Part shown: positions 40,519-49,080 of the stretch, in pieces | Numbering within the stretch: the first letter of the stretch is position 1 | Layout of the letters: each line of letters starts with the position of its first letter | Source: Candidatus Melainabacteria bacterium 17Bon1m | GTDB lineage: Bacteria > Cyanobacteriota > Vampirovibrionia > Obscuribacterales > Obscuribacteraceae | NCBI GenBank assembly: GCA_032128875.1 | Contig: JAVLKG010000009.1 | Location: forward strand, 206,936 to 270,935 | Direction of reading: 5' to 3' | DNA length: 64,000 nucleotides | The notes under the pieces: generated by a model | What the model was told of the DNA's origin: nothing | What the model saw: the letters and a program-made list of their open reading frames with translations, nothing else | Database searches by the model: none | Position numbers and translations under genes: made by a program

Positions 40519-42744
40519 CTACTGCAGCAGATGTCTGGCTTTGGCGTCTTTGTAGACGGCTTGCGCTTTGCTCTTCGCTGCTTTCAATGCAGAGGGGCTC
40601 CAGTCGGCATTACCACCATTCTTGGATGCTTGCCAAGCGATAACGCTGTACGAAGCTGTTTCGACGTCAGAGCCGGCAGTAAATTCGTCGAGCAGCATGC
40701 GCTCTACAGAGTCCCGCGCATACGCTTCTGTTCTACTTCTCAGCGTATCAAGATCCTCTACCCTGTCGTATTGAGGAGTATTATCTCGCTTGAGTTCTTC
40801 CGCTTCAATCTTTGCTTGTTCTTCTGCATTGTTGCCGGCGCTCATTCGTTTGAGCGTCGGATTGTAATCAGAAGCTTCGTAGTCGACTAGAACTAACTTG
40901 CCTGACTTCAAGCTCATACCGACCTGTCCGTCGGTATCTGCACCACCCACGTCTTCAACTTTCCCTTTGAATGTCTCCCACAGTGCAGGGTCAAAATTGA
41001 AAGTCACTAGTTCTTGTACATAGGCAATTACGTCTCTGCCGCCAGCATCCGACAATTCCCAGTGTTTTCCGCCGAGCAATATCTTCGCATCGCCTTTGCG
41101 TTTACCCCATTGCTCATTCCAGCCACCTTCGTAGTTGGCAGCGAGCTTCAAGGCCCCACCTTCAGGAAGTCCTTCTTGTGGTGGCAGTTCAACCACAAGT
41201 GCATCGTTGCCTCTGGCTCTGTACGCAGCGACCTTGAATTTGCCGAGTTTCGTGCCCGACAGCGCTTCTGCGAAAGACGGTTCGCCTGCATCTTTCAAGT
41301 ATTGAGTGACCGACTTCATCTTGCCTAGCATCTCGGGCGTCCACTCGCCTTCTTGCCACTTCAAAACTTCTTCCCTGGTGAAGGTTTCCTCGCCCTTGAA
41401 CTCTAGCCTGTTGAAATTGTATTCCGGGTCTTTTCCAAGCTTTTTAGGATTTGCTTCGTTGACTCGAACGGTTTGCTCTTCGGGCGCGAAGTTGATGCGA
41501 TTTTTTCCTGCGCGCATGAAGATTGGTGCCGGTTCTGAAAATGCTTTGGCACCCAAAACAGATCTGCCGGCCATGGTTGGATCCAAATAGCAAGTTGCGA
41601 TCAGGTCTGCAAGTTTGCTGTTTTCTGGAACAAAAGGCATTCCCGACTTATTATGTTTTACCAACAGACTTTGCTCTGGACCATACTCTTGCATGCCAAG
41701 GAAGCGCTTGATGCCTCGTCCTGCGCCGAGGTGTTCTCGAACAGTAAGATTTGCCTCGCCGGTCTTTTGGAAATCCTGCAAAGCGCGTGAGAGAGCACGT
41801 TCTCCTCCCACTACTTTGAAATCTTTTCCGCCTACGCCCTCTTGAGCACCACCGGCGGTTTCAGATGCTTTTTGCCATTCGAAGTTTTTGCGGCCGCTTT
41901 CGAATTGTCCCTTAAGCTGATGGGCAGCGCCAAAGCCGACGCCGATGACGCCCATGGTAAAGGCGGATTCTTTTGTTTCTCTCCATGATGCGAATTTTGC
42001 ATCTGTCGTTGCAGATTGTCCAAAGTTTGACAAAGAATCAAATTTGAGATTGTGCAGATACTTGTGCGTGTGGGCACTCACGCCACCAGCAGCGATACCA
42101 GATGCAAAGCCTCCCATGTACGGGTTTTTCAACATTGCGGCAAACTTCGATGTCTCGCCGACTGCCGGTGCGAAGCGGGTTGCCACGCCGTGCATGACGC
42201 CCATTGTGATAGCGCCGTTGACGCCGTTCAAGCCCTTCGCTAACAGGAATGGTCTGTGATCTCCTTCTTCTACAGGACGCAATAGGGAGTCGTGAACGGC
42301 GCCGGTTAGCACGGCTTCCTTCATCGTCAGCCCTAAAACAGACCGTTGCGACAACTGCTCTGCGAGCTGCACTTCGGTCATGCCGGCGCGCGTGACGGAC
42401 TTCACGCCTTTGCCTGCAAGCATGAAAGGCACCAACATACCGACTGCGTTGCCGGACTGCTGTGCCCAATAATTTGATGTTCCATATTCGGCGGCTTCCG
42501 GCGCCTTTAAATAACTAATCTGAACGCTAGGCAGCATGTTGGTGCCCAAGCCTTTGTCAGCTAGTTGGACAACGGCATTAACCGGAGTCTGAATCATGGA
42601 GTGTCCGGCCGAGCGCAAGAAGTCTTCTACAAGACCATTTCGCTCGACTGGTTCTTTCGGCTTGTTCTGCTGTTCTGCAAGATAGGCGTAATGCTCCGCC
42701 ATTGCATCACGGCTTATCGTCGCTGGATATTGGTCGGATCCCAT
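40519..42744 (-). CDS. Large hypothetical protein: Gly/Ala-rich hydrophobic N-half and a putative kinase-like C-terminal domain
   Basis: 741-aa ORF; kinase-like motif order near the C-terminus. Confidence 0.65.
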   Translation of the reverse strand: MGSDQYPATISRDAMAEHYAYLAEQQNKPKEPVERNGLVEDFLRSAGHSMIQTPVNAVVQLADKGLGTNMLPSVQISYLKAPEAAEYGTSNYWAQQSGNAVGMLVPFMLAGKGVKSVTRAGMTEVQLAEQLSQRSVLGLTMKEAVLTGAVHDSLLRPVEEGDHRPFLLAKGLNGVNGAITMGVMHGVATRFAPAVGETSKFAAMLKNPYMGGFASGIAAGGVSAHTHKYLHNLKFDSLSNFGQSATTDAKFASWRETKESAFTMGVIGVGFGAAHQLKGQFESGRKNFEWQKASETAGGAQEGVGGKDFKVVGGERALSRALQDFQKTGEANLTVREHLGAGRGIKRFLGMQEYGPEQSLLVKHNKSGMPFVPENSKLADLIATCYLDPTMAGRSVLGAKAFSEPAPIFMRAGKNRINFAPEEQTVRVNEANPKKLGKDPEYNFNRLEFKGEETFTREEVLKWQEGEWTPEMLGKMKSVTQYLKDAGEPSFAEALSGTKLGKFKVAAYRARGNDALVVELPPQEGLPEGGALKLAANYEGGWNEQWGKRKGDAKILLGGKHWELSDAGGRDVIAYVQELVTFNFDPALWETFKGKVEDVGGADTDGQVGMSLKSGKLVLVDYEASDYNPTLKRMSAGNNAEEQAKIEAEELKRDNTPQYDRVEDLDTLRSRTEAYARDSVERMLLDEFTAGSDVETASYSVIAWQASKNGGNADWSPSALKAAKSKAQAVYKDAKARHLLQ

Positions 42745-42946
42745 ATACCTGTTTTTCCAAACGCGCCGAGAATTCGGGCCGCCCCGAACCTAGTATCTTC
42801 ATACCCAACGGGTGGGCGTTTCAGACCCGAAACGGAGAATTGGCCAGGTGAAGACACCTTTTAGTCTATAGACGAATTCCGGCAAAATCGTGACATTTTT
42901 GCCGCGAAGTTTAACCTTAATCAGAACGCCTGATAGACCAGGGTGG

Positions 42947-44113
42947 TTATTGGCGGCTGGCGCTGGCTTGTGCCGGCTTCGGCAAGGACATACGCACGAC
43001 CGAATTGTCGTCCTGTTGGCTGACGTAGAGGTTGCCGTCGCGGTCGAGAGTCAGGTAGTAGGGCGACTTGAAGCCCGTACCAATGATTGTCGAAATGCCC
43101 GCCGGGTTGATTCTTGCGATGGTTCCGCTCGAGTAATTCGCTACGTAGACGTTGTTTTGGTCGTCGACAGTGACACCGATCGGTCCTTTGAAGTTGGCGC
43201 CTGAGCTGAAGACGCTGCGGCTGCCGTCGGGGCTGATGCGGTCGATGCTGTTGGTCGCAAAATTGGCAATGTACAGGTGTCCTGTGCGGTCAAAAGCCAG
43301 ACCTGATGGGGCATTGAAGTTGGTAGCGATGACTCGAACGGTCGAATTTGCCAGAACCGGTGACGGGTTTGCTGCCGAGCGGACGGGCGTTGCCGGCGGC
43401 AAGCTAGCAACTGCGGGCTGCTGCGCTGCGTAAGTAGGCTGCGCTGGGACATAGCGATTTGCTGGTTCTTGAGCTTGTACTTGCGCCGGAGGCTGGTATG
43501 CAGGAGGCGTATAGGCAGGCGGGCTGTACGCTGGCGGCGAATAGGCCGGTTGTTGCGCTTGCGCCGGAGCCGTGTATGCCGGCTGCTGAGGCGCTTGTTG
43601 GATTTGCTGAGTGGCTGGCGGCGGATTGTTTATACCTGCCAGCGGCAATTCATTATTGATGGTCGCGACATCTCCGACCGACGCCATTCTTTTTTGCGCG
43701 TCGGCAAAATGTGGATTGCTTGGCGGAATGGCAGCCAGGTGCGGGCGAGCCTCGGCACCTCTGCCGAGATCCATCAAGCACAGCGCCAACTGGTAGTGCG
43801 CGTCAGGGTCTTGTGGCTTGACTCTCAGGACTTCCTGAAAGCGCGGAACTGCTTCTTTCAGTCGTTTTTGGGACTGGTAAAGCATGCCCAGGTTGTATTG
43901 AGCGTCTGGCAGATTGGGATCGATATCGCAGGCGCGGCGGAAGAAGATGATGGCGGCTTCCGTTGAGCCTTGTTTATAAGCATTCAACCCGAGGTTGTAC
44001 ATGCTTATTGCTTGCTGGTTGGTCCCTCCGCTAGGGGCGTTTTGCGCAAACGCGAGTTGCATCGAAAACGCTGCGGACAGCGACAAAGCCAGTAATATCT
44101 TTCCTTTTGCCAT
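42947..44113 (-). CDS. Exported TPR + Pro-rich linker + NHL-repeat propeller protein
   Basis: Signal peptide; TPRs; PAYSP repeats; PSGLAFD..G.LYIAN, PIGVTVD..NVYVAN. Confidence 0.88.
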   Translation of the reverse strand: MAKGKILLALSLSAAFSMQLAFAQNAPSGGTNQQAISMYNLGLNAYKQGSTEAAIIFFRRACDIDPNLPDAQYNLGMLYQSQKRLKEAVPRFQEVLRVKPQDPDAHYQLALCLMDLGRGAEARPHLAAIPPSNPHFADAQKRMASVGDVATINNELPLAGINNPPPATQQIQQAPQQPAYTAPAQAQQPAYSPPAYSPPAYTPPAYQPPAQVQAQEPANRYVPAQPTYAAQQPAVASLPPATPVRSAANPSPVLANSTVRVIATNFNAPSGLAFDRTGHLYIANFATNSIDRISPDGSRSVFSSGANFKGPIGVTVDDQNNVYVANYSSGTIARINPAGISTIIGTGFKSPYYLTLDRDGNLYVSQQDDNSVVRMSLPKPAQASASRQ

Positions 44114-44404
44114 TATCTAAAGTCTCACAAAACCGTCAAAAGCTCATCATAACCATGTTTACGAGGTTCGCGCTTGCGTCCAATTGGACATAATTCTGCC
44201 GAATCTGCCTGGGCACAAAGGTTTCTTTTTTCTCGTCCCTCGTAATATGCTCTAAATAGTAAGTAAAACTGGGTATATATCTCACTACTTCTCAGCACGC
44301 TCACAATTATGGCAGGTGGTTGTGATTCAAAAGCTCTCTCTTGCCTTATTTCGTTAACAGTTTTGGCCGAAAACGCGGCGTAGCTAGATAGGAAGCCTGT
44401 TGTC

Positions 44405-44827
44405 ATGAGAACTGTTGGACATATTATTACCTCGGCGGGAATAGCTTCGCTGAGTTACTGGCGTTACCGTTCGCGTCCGGCCGCATTGGCAAGTTTTCTT
44501 GCAGGCTGGCTGATTGACCTCGATCACCTCGTTGATTATGTACGCGCTCATGGGTGGAAACCCAACTGGGCGCGCTTTAATGAAGCAGCGCATGAGCATT
44601 ACAGTGGAAAACTCTACCTTCCGCTCCATTCTTACGAGCTTTTGGCACTGTTTTACATACTTTTCCGCGGACCGACACGCCAGCCTTACCGCGTGGGGGT
44701 AACTGTTTCCATTCTGACCCACTTGCTCCTGGATCAAAAGTGCAATCCTGGGCGAAAAGCGTCGACTTACTTTTTGACTCATCGAATCCGAAAGCGGTTT
44801 GACGCTCAACAGATATTAAAAGGATAA
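44405..44827 (+). CDS. Membrane metal-dependent hydrolase-like protein (YdjM-like)
   Basis: N-terminal H, DLDH, PLHS, HLLLD motifs. Confidence 0.7.
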   Translation: MRTVGHIITSAGIASLSYWRYRSRPAALASFLAGWLIDLDHLVDYVRAHGWKPNWARFNEAAHEHYSGKLYLPLHSYELLALFYILFRGPTRQPYRVGVTVSILTHLLLDQKCNPGRKASTYFLTHRIRKRFDAQQILKG

Positions 44828-44883
44828 TTGACCCGTTTGGTCTAATATTCTGAGTCTCAGGTCAGAACCTCAGGAGTTGCCTG

Positions 44884-46089
44884 ATGAGTTTCGCACGCGT
44901 TTTTCGCACGTCGTCTCTTGTAGCGTACCGTTGTGTAATGGTTTTGTCCGCGCTCTTTTTGGTGTTGTTTACCAATTTTGCTTTCAGTTTGCCTTCGTTT
45001 GCCGCCACGCCTGAAGTTGCACTTTCGTGGGAGCCGTCACGAACATTGGTGTTTGTCGTCGGCGTACTAAAATGGCAAGACAAAAGCTATTTGCAGTTCA
45101 CCACCAAAGCGCGCCGCGATGCGCAGTTGGTCGAGTTTTTCAAATCGAAAGGTGTGCCCGCAGACAAGATTGTCTACCTGTGCGACACCGAAGCCACCAT
45201 CAACAAAGTGTATGACGAGTTTGACGAGCTTCTGGAAAAGTCAAAACCCGGCGACACGCTGATTTTTTATTACTGCGGGCACGGTTGGTTGGACGATAAC
45301 AATGAAGGCTTTTACGCAAACTATGATGTAAAAACCAACGACAATGCGATTTCCACCAGGAAAATCGCGGGCAAGATGAAGAACAAATTCCAAGGTTCGA
45401 CAGCATTGTTTTTTGCAGACTGCTGCACATCTGGCTCAATCGCAAACTCCCTCAAGAAACAACCCGGCGGCTACAGCTGGGGCATGGCTACGTCTGTGAC
45501 TGCGGATGGGGGCTCGACAAGCAACTGGACATTTTCGCAAGCTCTATTAGATGCGTTGAACGGGCATCGATTTGTTGACACCAATTTAGATGGCGTCGTC
45601 AGTTTTTCCGATCTCCAAAAATACGTCACGCTCGAAATGAAGCGCATCGACAATCAAACTGCCGGTGCCAATAGTGGCAATGGATTTTCCGATGCTAACT
45701 ACACTCTTGCAAAAGTCGCGAATCCCAACGAGCCCATTCCGCGTCTCGTCGACGTGAAGTGGGGCGGAAAATGGTGGAAGGCGAAAGTCTTAGAGACCAA
45801 AGATAATCAAGCAAAAGTCCGCTGGGTGCAGATCGGATATGACACACCCGACAACGATGAATGGCAACCGTTTTCCAATATTAAGGAGGCGAGTGGTGAA
45901 CCTTTCAATGGTATGTCCATTGCCACTACCCGCAATGACTTCAGAGTTGGACAAACTGTTGAAGTGCTTTGGAAGAACGACTATTACAAAGCTAAGATCT
46001 TAAAAGCCGAAGGCGGACGTTTTTACATCCACTATTTAGAAGATGACGACAGCTGGGACGAGTGGGTCGATCTGTCGCGCATGAGATAG
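44884..46089 (+). CDS. Exported caspase-like (clan CD) protease with C-terminal Tudor/Agenet-like domains
   Basis: Signal peptide; YYCGHG and ADCCTSG dyad; VEVLW..YYKAKI...YIHY..WDEWV. Confidence 0.85.
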   Translation: MSFARVFRTSSLVAYRCVMVLSALFLVLFTNFAFSLPSFAATPEVALSWEPSRTLVFVVGVLKWQDKSYLQFTTKARRDAQLVEFFKSKGVPADKIVYLCDTEATINKVYDEFDELLEKSKPGDTLIFYYCGHGWLDDNNEGFYANYDVKTNDNAISTRKIAGKMKNKFQGSTALFFADCCTSGSIANSLKKQPGGYSWGMATSVTADGGSTSNWTFSQALLDALNGHRFVDTNLDGVVSFSDLQKYVTLEMKRIDNQTAGANSGNGFSDANYTLAKVANPNEPIPRLVDVKWGGKWWKAKVLETKDNQAKVRWVQIGYDTPDNDEWQPFSNIKEASGEPFNGMSIATTRNDFRVGQTVEVLWKNDYYKAKILKAEGGRFYIHYLEDDDSWDEWVDLSRMR

Positions 46090-46090
46090 T

Positions 46091-46198
46091 CGTGGGGGCG
46101 CGTTGCACGGGCCCATTTTTCACAGTTAATTTCGTGGGGGCGCGTTGCACGCGCCCATTTTTCACAGTTGATTTCGTGGGGGCGTGTTGCACACGCCC
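46091..46198 (+). repeat. Three tandem GTGG REPs, 42-bp period
   Basis: Units start at 46091, 46133 and 46175 with near-identical linkers. Confidence 0.9.
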
Positions 46199-46301
46199 TT
46201 TTTTGCCCGATTTCTTATGACACGAGATTGTAACTAACCGGGCGCTAAGTTAAGGGCTCCTCCGGCACAACAAAGTTTCTTCCCCTTTCGAGGTTTTCTC
46301 A

Positions 46302-46955
46302 ATGAGCGAACGTCATTCTGCGCAGCGCGATTTCGACAATGTACGCACTCACGACTTCAACGAAACCTGCACGGTCGGCAGCCCTTTGAATGATGAAGTG
46401 ATGTTGGCGTTTGGCATTAAGCGTGAGAGATCAGAAGAGGGTCTGAAAACGACCTATCCAAACGGATTTACTGTGGACAGGCATGATGAAGGAGACTTTG
46501 GACTGAGATTTTCGACCAAACTCAAATATCGTGAAACCAAAGACGGCTTGTCGATAATGTCAGACTACAAGGGTCACTCGGCCGCCTACCTGAGTGCCGA
46601 TGGCAATTTCCTGATGTTTTCCAACGGAAAAGTTCTGCAAGAGAACAAAGACGGTGTTGTTTCAGTCAATGATGTCGAATGCTATGAGAAAGAACCAGCG
46701 AAGAAGCCTGAAACGATGCGTCAAGTGATTGTTCTTCCGGAAGTGAAAATTACTGTGGACATGAGAGATGTTCCGAAGACCGACGCGTCGGCGAAAGGTG
46801 CGTCGGAGCAAAGTAGAAAGGAAGACAAAGCGAACAACGGCAATAAAGCTGATAAGGGCGACAGGCAAAAAAGAGATGCCAAAAAAGCGGAACCCAAGCC
46901 CTTCAACTGGGATTCCGACGACCCGCTAGAAGGCATTGATGTAAGCGGATACTAA
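46302..46955 (+). CDS. Hypothetical protein
   Basis: 217-aa ORF with a GAGG RBS and a charged disordered C-terminus. Confidence 0.65.
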   Translation: MSERHSAQRDFDNVRTHDFNETCTVGSPLNDEVMLAFGIKRERSEEGLKTTYPNGFTVDRHDEGDFGLRFSTKLKYRETKDGLSIMSDYKGHSAAYLSADGNFLMFSNGKVLQENKDGVVSVNDVECYEKEPAKKPETMRQVIVLPEVKITVDMRDVPKTDASAKGASEQSRKEDKANNGNKADKGDRQKRDAKKAEPKPFNWDSDDPLEGIDVSGY

Positions 46956-47027
46956 AGGTCGTGAAGCTCTACTGGCGAAATGAAGTTCGTCGTCAGAGCA
47001 AAGGTTTGAGGGAAGAAAGACCGGGCT

Positions 47028-47061
47028 GGGTGCATCGCATGGAAGGGCGATGCGCCCTTTT
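47028..47061 (+). terminator. Intrinsic terminator-like hairpin between convergent genes
   Basis: GGGTGCATCGC-N8-GCGATGCGCCC-TTTT. Confidence 0.7.
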
Positions 47062-47065
47062 CGGA

Positions 47066-48124
47066 TCAGTTTTGGTTGCGAGCAAAGGTGTACCAGGTGC
47101 TACGCCCACCACCGTTTCGAGAGAGCATTCTTCTCTCTACCAATTCATTCAGGCGCAGTTTGATGGTGCTGCGGCTTTCGTTTGTCAGTGTTTCAAGGTC
47201 TGAAATTTTCAGCCTGCCATGTTGTTTCACAAGTTCCAAAATTTGAACTGAAAGTTTTGGCAGCTCACCTTCCAGTATGTGTTCCCGCGAAATCTTCGCC
47301 TGCAAGTTCGTCTTTTGTTTGTGCATCGATTGCAGGAAGAAATGAAACCAATGATCCCAATCTGGATTGTCAGACTCGAGAGTGATCTGGGTTTTTCTCA
47401 GAGCAAGGTAATAGGCTTCTTTCTCCGATTCGATGACATTTTCCATTGAACTGTACGGTACATAGGAATAGCCTTCCTTCAACAAAAGCAAAGTTGTGAG
47501 CGCGCGCGATAGGCGCCCATTGCCGTCTTGAAACGGATGGATTGCAAGAAAACCAGCCACAAAAACAGCAATCACAAGCAGTGCATGCATGGATTCGGAT
47601 TCCAGATTTTCGTTGGTCCAACTCAGCAGTTCGGTCATTTTAAACGGAGTGTCGAATGGACTTGCAGTCTTGAAGATGATGCCTAGCCTTTCTCCGTTTG
47701 GTCCAAAGGCTTCGACATTGTTCTGAACCGACTTGTAATTGCCTCGATGTCGATCGTCTTTTGTGCTGTGTTTCAACAAATCTCTGTGGAGTTGTTTTAT
47801 GTGGCTTTCTGAAAGCGGGATGTGCTCCCAGTTTTCAAAGATAGTGTCGATGACCTCGGCATAACCAGCAACCTCTTCTTCATCTCTGGAACTGAAAGAT
47901 TTGCTTGATAAGCGCGAAAGCAGTGCTTCAACCTCTGCGTCACTCAGCGTTGCGCCTTCGATTCTTGTCGAAGAACCAACGCTTTCAACTGTCGCTACAT
48001 GTCTGAGAGTTGCAAGGCGTTCCGGAGAGATGTTGGAGATGGATTTCCACGCGCCCTTGAATTCGTCGATCTCTGCGATCAATCGAAGCATCTCCAAAGT
48101 TGGTCGGAAGCCGCCTACTTTCAT
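47066..48124 (-). CDS. Fic family protein (class II, autoinhibited) with C-terminal winged HTH
   Basis: HPFQDGNGRLSR; inhibitory SSTRIEG motif. Confidence 0.93.
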   Translation of the reverse strand: MKVGGFRPTLEMLRLIAEIDEFKGAWKSISNISPERLATLRHVATVESVGSSTRIEGATLSDAEVEALLSRLSSKSFSSRDEEEVAGYAEVIDTIFENWEHIPLSESHIKQLHRDLLKHSTKDDRHRGNYKSVQNNVEAFGPNGERLGIIFKTASPFDTPFKMTELLSWTNENLESESMHALLVIAVFVAGFLAIHPFQDGNGRLSRALTTLLLLKEGYSYVPYSSMENVIESEKEAYYLALRKTQITLESDNPDWDHWFHFFLQSMHKQKTNLQAKISREHILEGELPKLSVQILELVKQHGRLKISDLETLTNESRSTIKLRLNELVERRMLSRNGGGRSTWYTFARNQN

Positions 48125-48140
48125 TCGGTCATAACCAGTT

Positions 48141-48190
48141 AGCCAATTCTATGTCCAATTATAGCCAAATATGTCCAATAATAGCCAATA
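48141..48190. promoter_or_regulatory. 10-bp tandem direct repeats upstream of fic (putative operator)
   Basis: ATGTCCAATT ATAGCCAAAT ATGTCCAATA ATAGCCAATA; contains TATAAT on the - strand. Confidence 0.55.
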
Positions 48191-48310
48191 AGTCATGAAA
48201 GATACAGTGGCATTGGTTTTAGGCGATTTTGCCAGTCGGAAATTTAGCGTCTAGACCTGGGTATTATGAATTTGGTGGCCTAAAACTCGGCGCGAATTCG
48301 TGGAATCTAT

Positions 48311-48898
48311 ATGCGCCTACTACCGAGCAAGTTCAAATATGTTTTGTCTGCGAGTGCTTTGTTGCTCGCCACGACATCCGCTGCGTTCGCAGAAGATTTG
48401 TCGGCTATGCCCGAAAAGGTCAAAACCCTCAAGTCGCCGAACGGCGCGCATGAAGTTTTCGATGTGAACAAAGGGTTCTCGTCCGATGGCGAGCAGAACC
48501 GCGAGCTTTGTATCCGCAGAACCAAGGAAAAAACTAAGCAGCGTTTGCTGATTTACCATCGCTGTCTTGATGTGGCTTGGTGTCCCAACAGTTCGATGCT
48601 TGTGGTGAACGACAATAGCTGTTCAAATGAAGTCATCCCGCGTTTGTACAGCATGAAGGATCTCAAACATCCAGTTGAAATTGCACCGAAATTGATGAGC
48701 GCGGTCACTGATAAAAAAGACAAACTGGCGATTCAGCAGAGCGACATGTTTTTGTTGGTTTCTGCCACGCGATGGATCAATCCGCATGCACTGGAAGTCA
48801 CTGTTCGTGGGGCTGGAGCAAAGCCGGGCTGCTTCAAAATTACGTACGAATGGGATTTGAAAAACAGCTTCAAGAAATTGAAGCGCGTCAACGAGTAG
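48311..48898 (+). CDS. Exported hypothetical protein
   Basis: Signal peptide ending AFA; beta-rich with several Cys. Confidence 0.7.
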   Translation: MRLLPSKFKYVLSASALLLATTSAAFAEDLSAMPEKVKTLKSPNGAHEVFDVNKGFSSDGEQNRELCIRRTKEKTKQRLLIYHRCLDVAWCPNSSMLVVNDNSCSNEVIPRLYSMKDLKHPVEIAPKLMSAVTDKKDKLAIQQSDMFLLVSATRWINPHALEVTVRGAGAKPGCFKITYEWDLKNSFKKLKRVNE

Positions 48899-48923
48899 TT
48901 AGCACCATTCGGAAATGCAACAA

Positions 48924-49077
48924 GGGAGATGCGAAATGCATCTCCCCTGAAAAGTGGCTTGCAGCCTCTTTGTTTTGTACCGGGCGATACATGGCATCGC
49001 CCCTACGATTCCAGAAGGGCGCATGCAATGCGCCCCCACGATTCTGGCAGCGGTCGACGCATGGCGTCGACCCTACA
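48924..49077. repeat. Hairpin plus three - strand REP elements downstream of rpoC2
   Basis: GGGAGATGC/GCATCTCCC hairpin; REPs at 48982-49007, 49017-49040 and 49052-49077. Confidence 0.85.
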
Positions 49078-49080
49078 TCA

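Noticed and set aside
46091-46198. Possible CRISPR array
   Set aside because: Linkers are 18 nt and nearly identical, the repeat is the dispersed REP, and no cas genes are present
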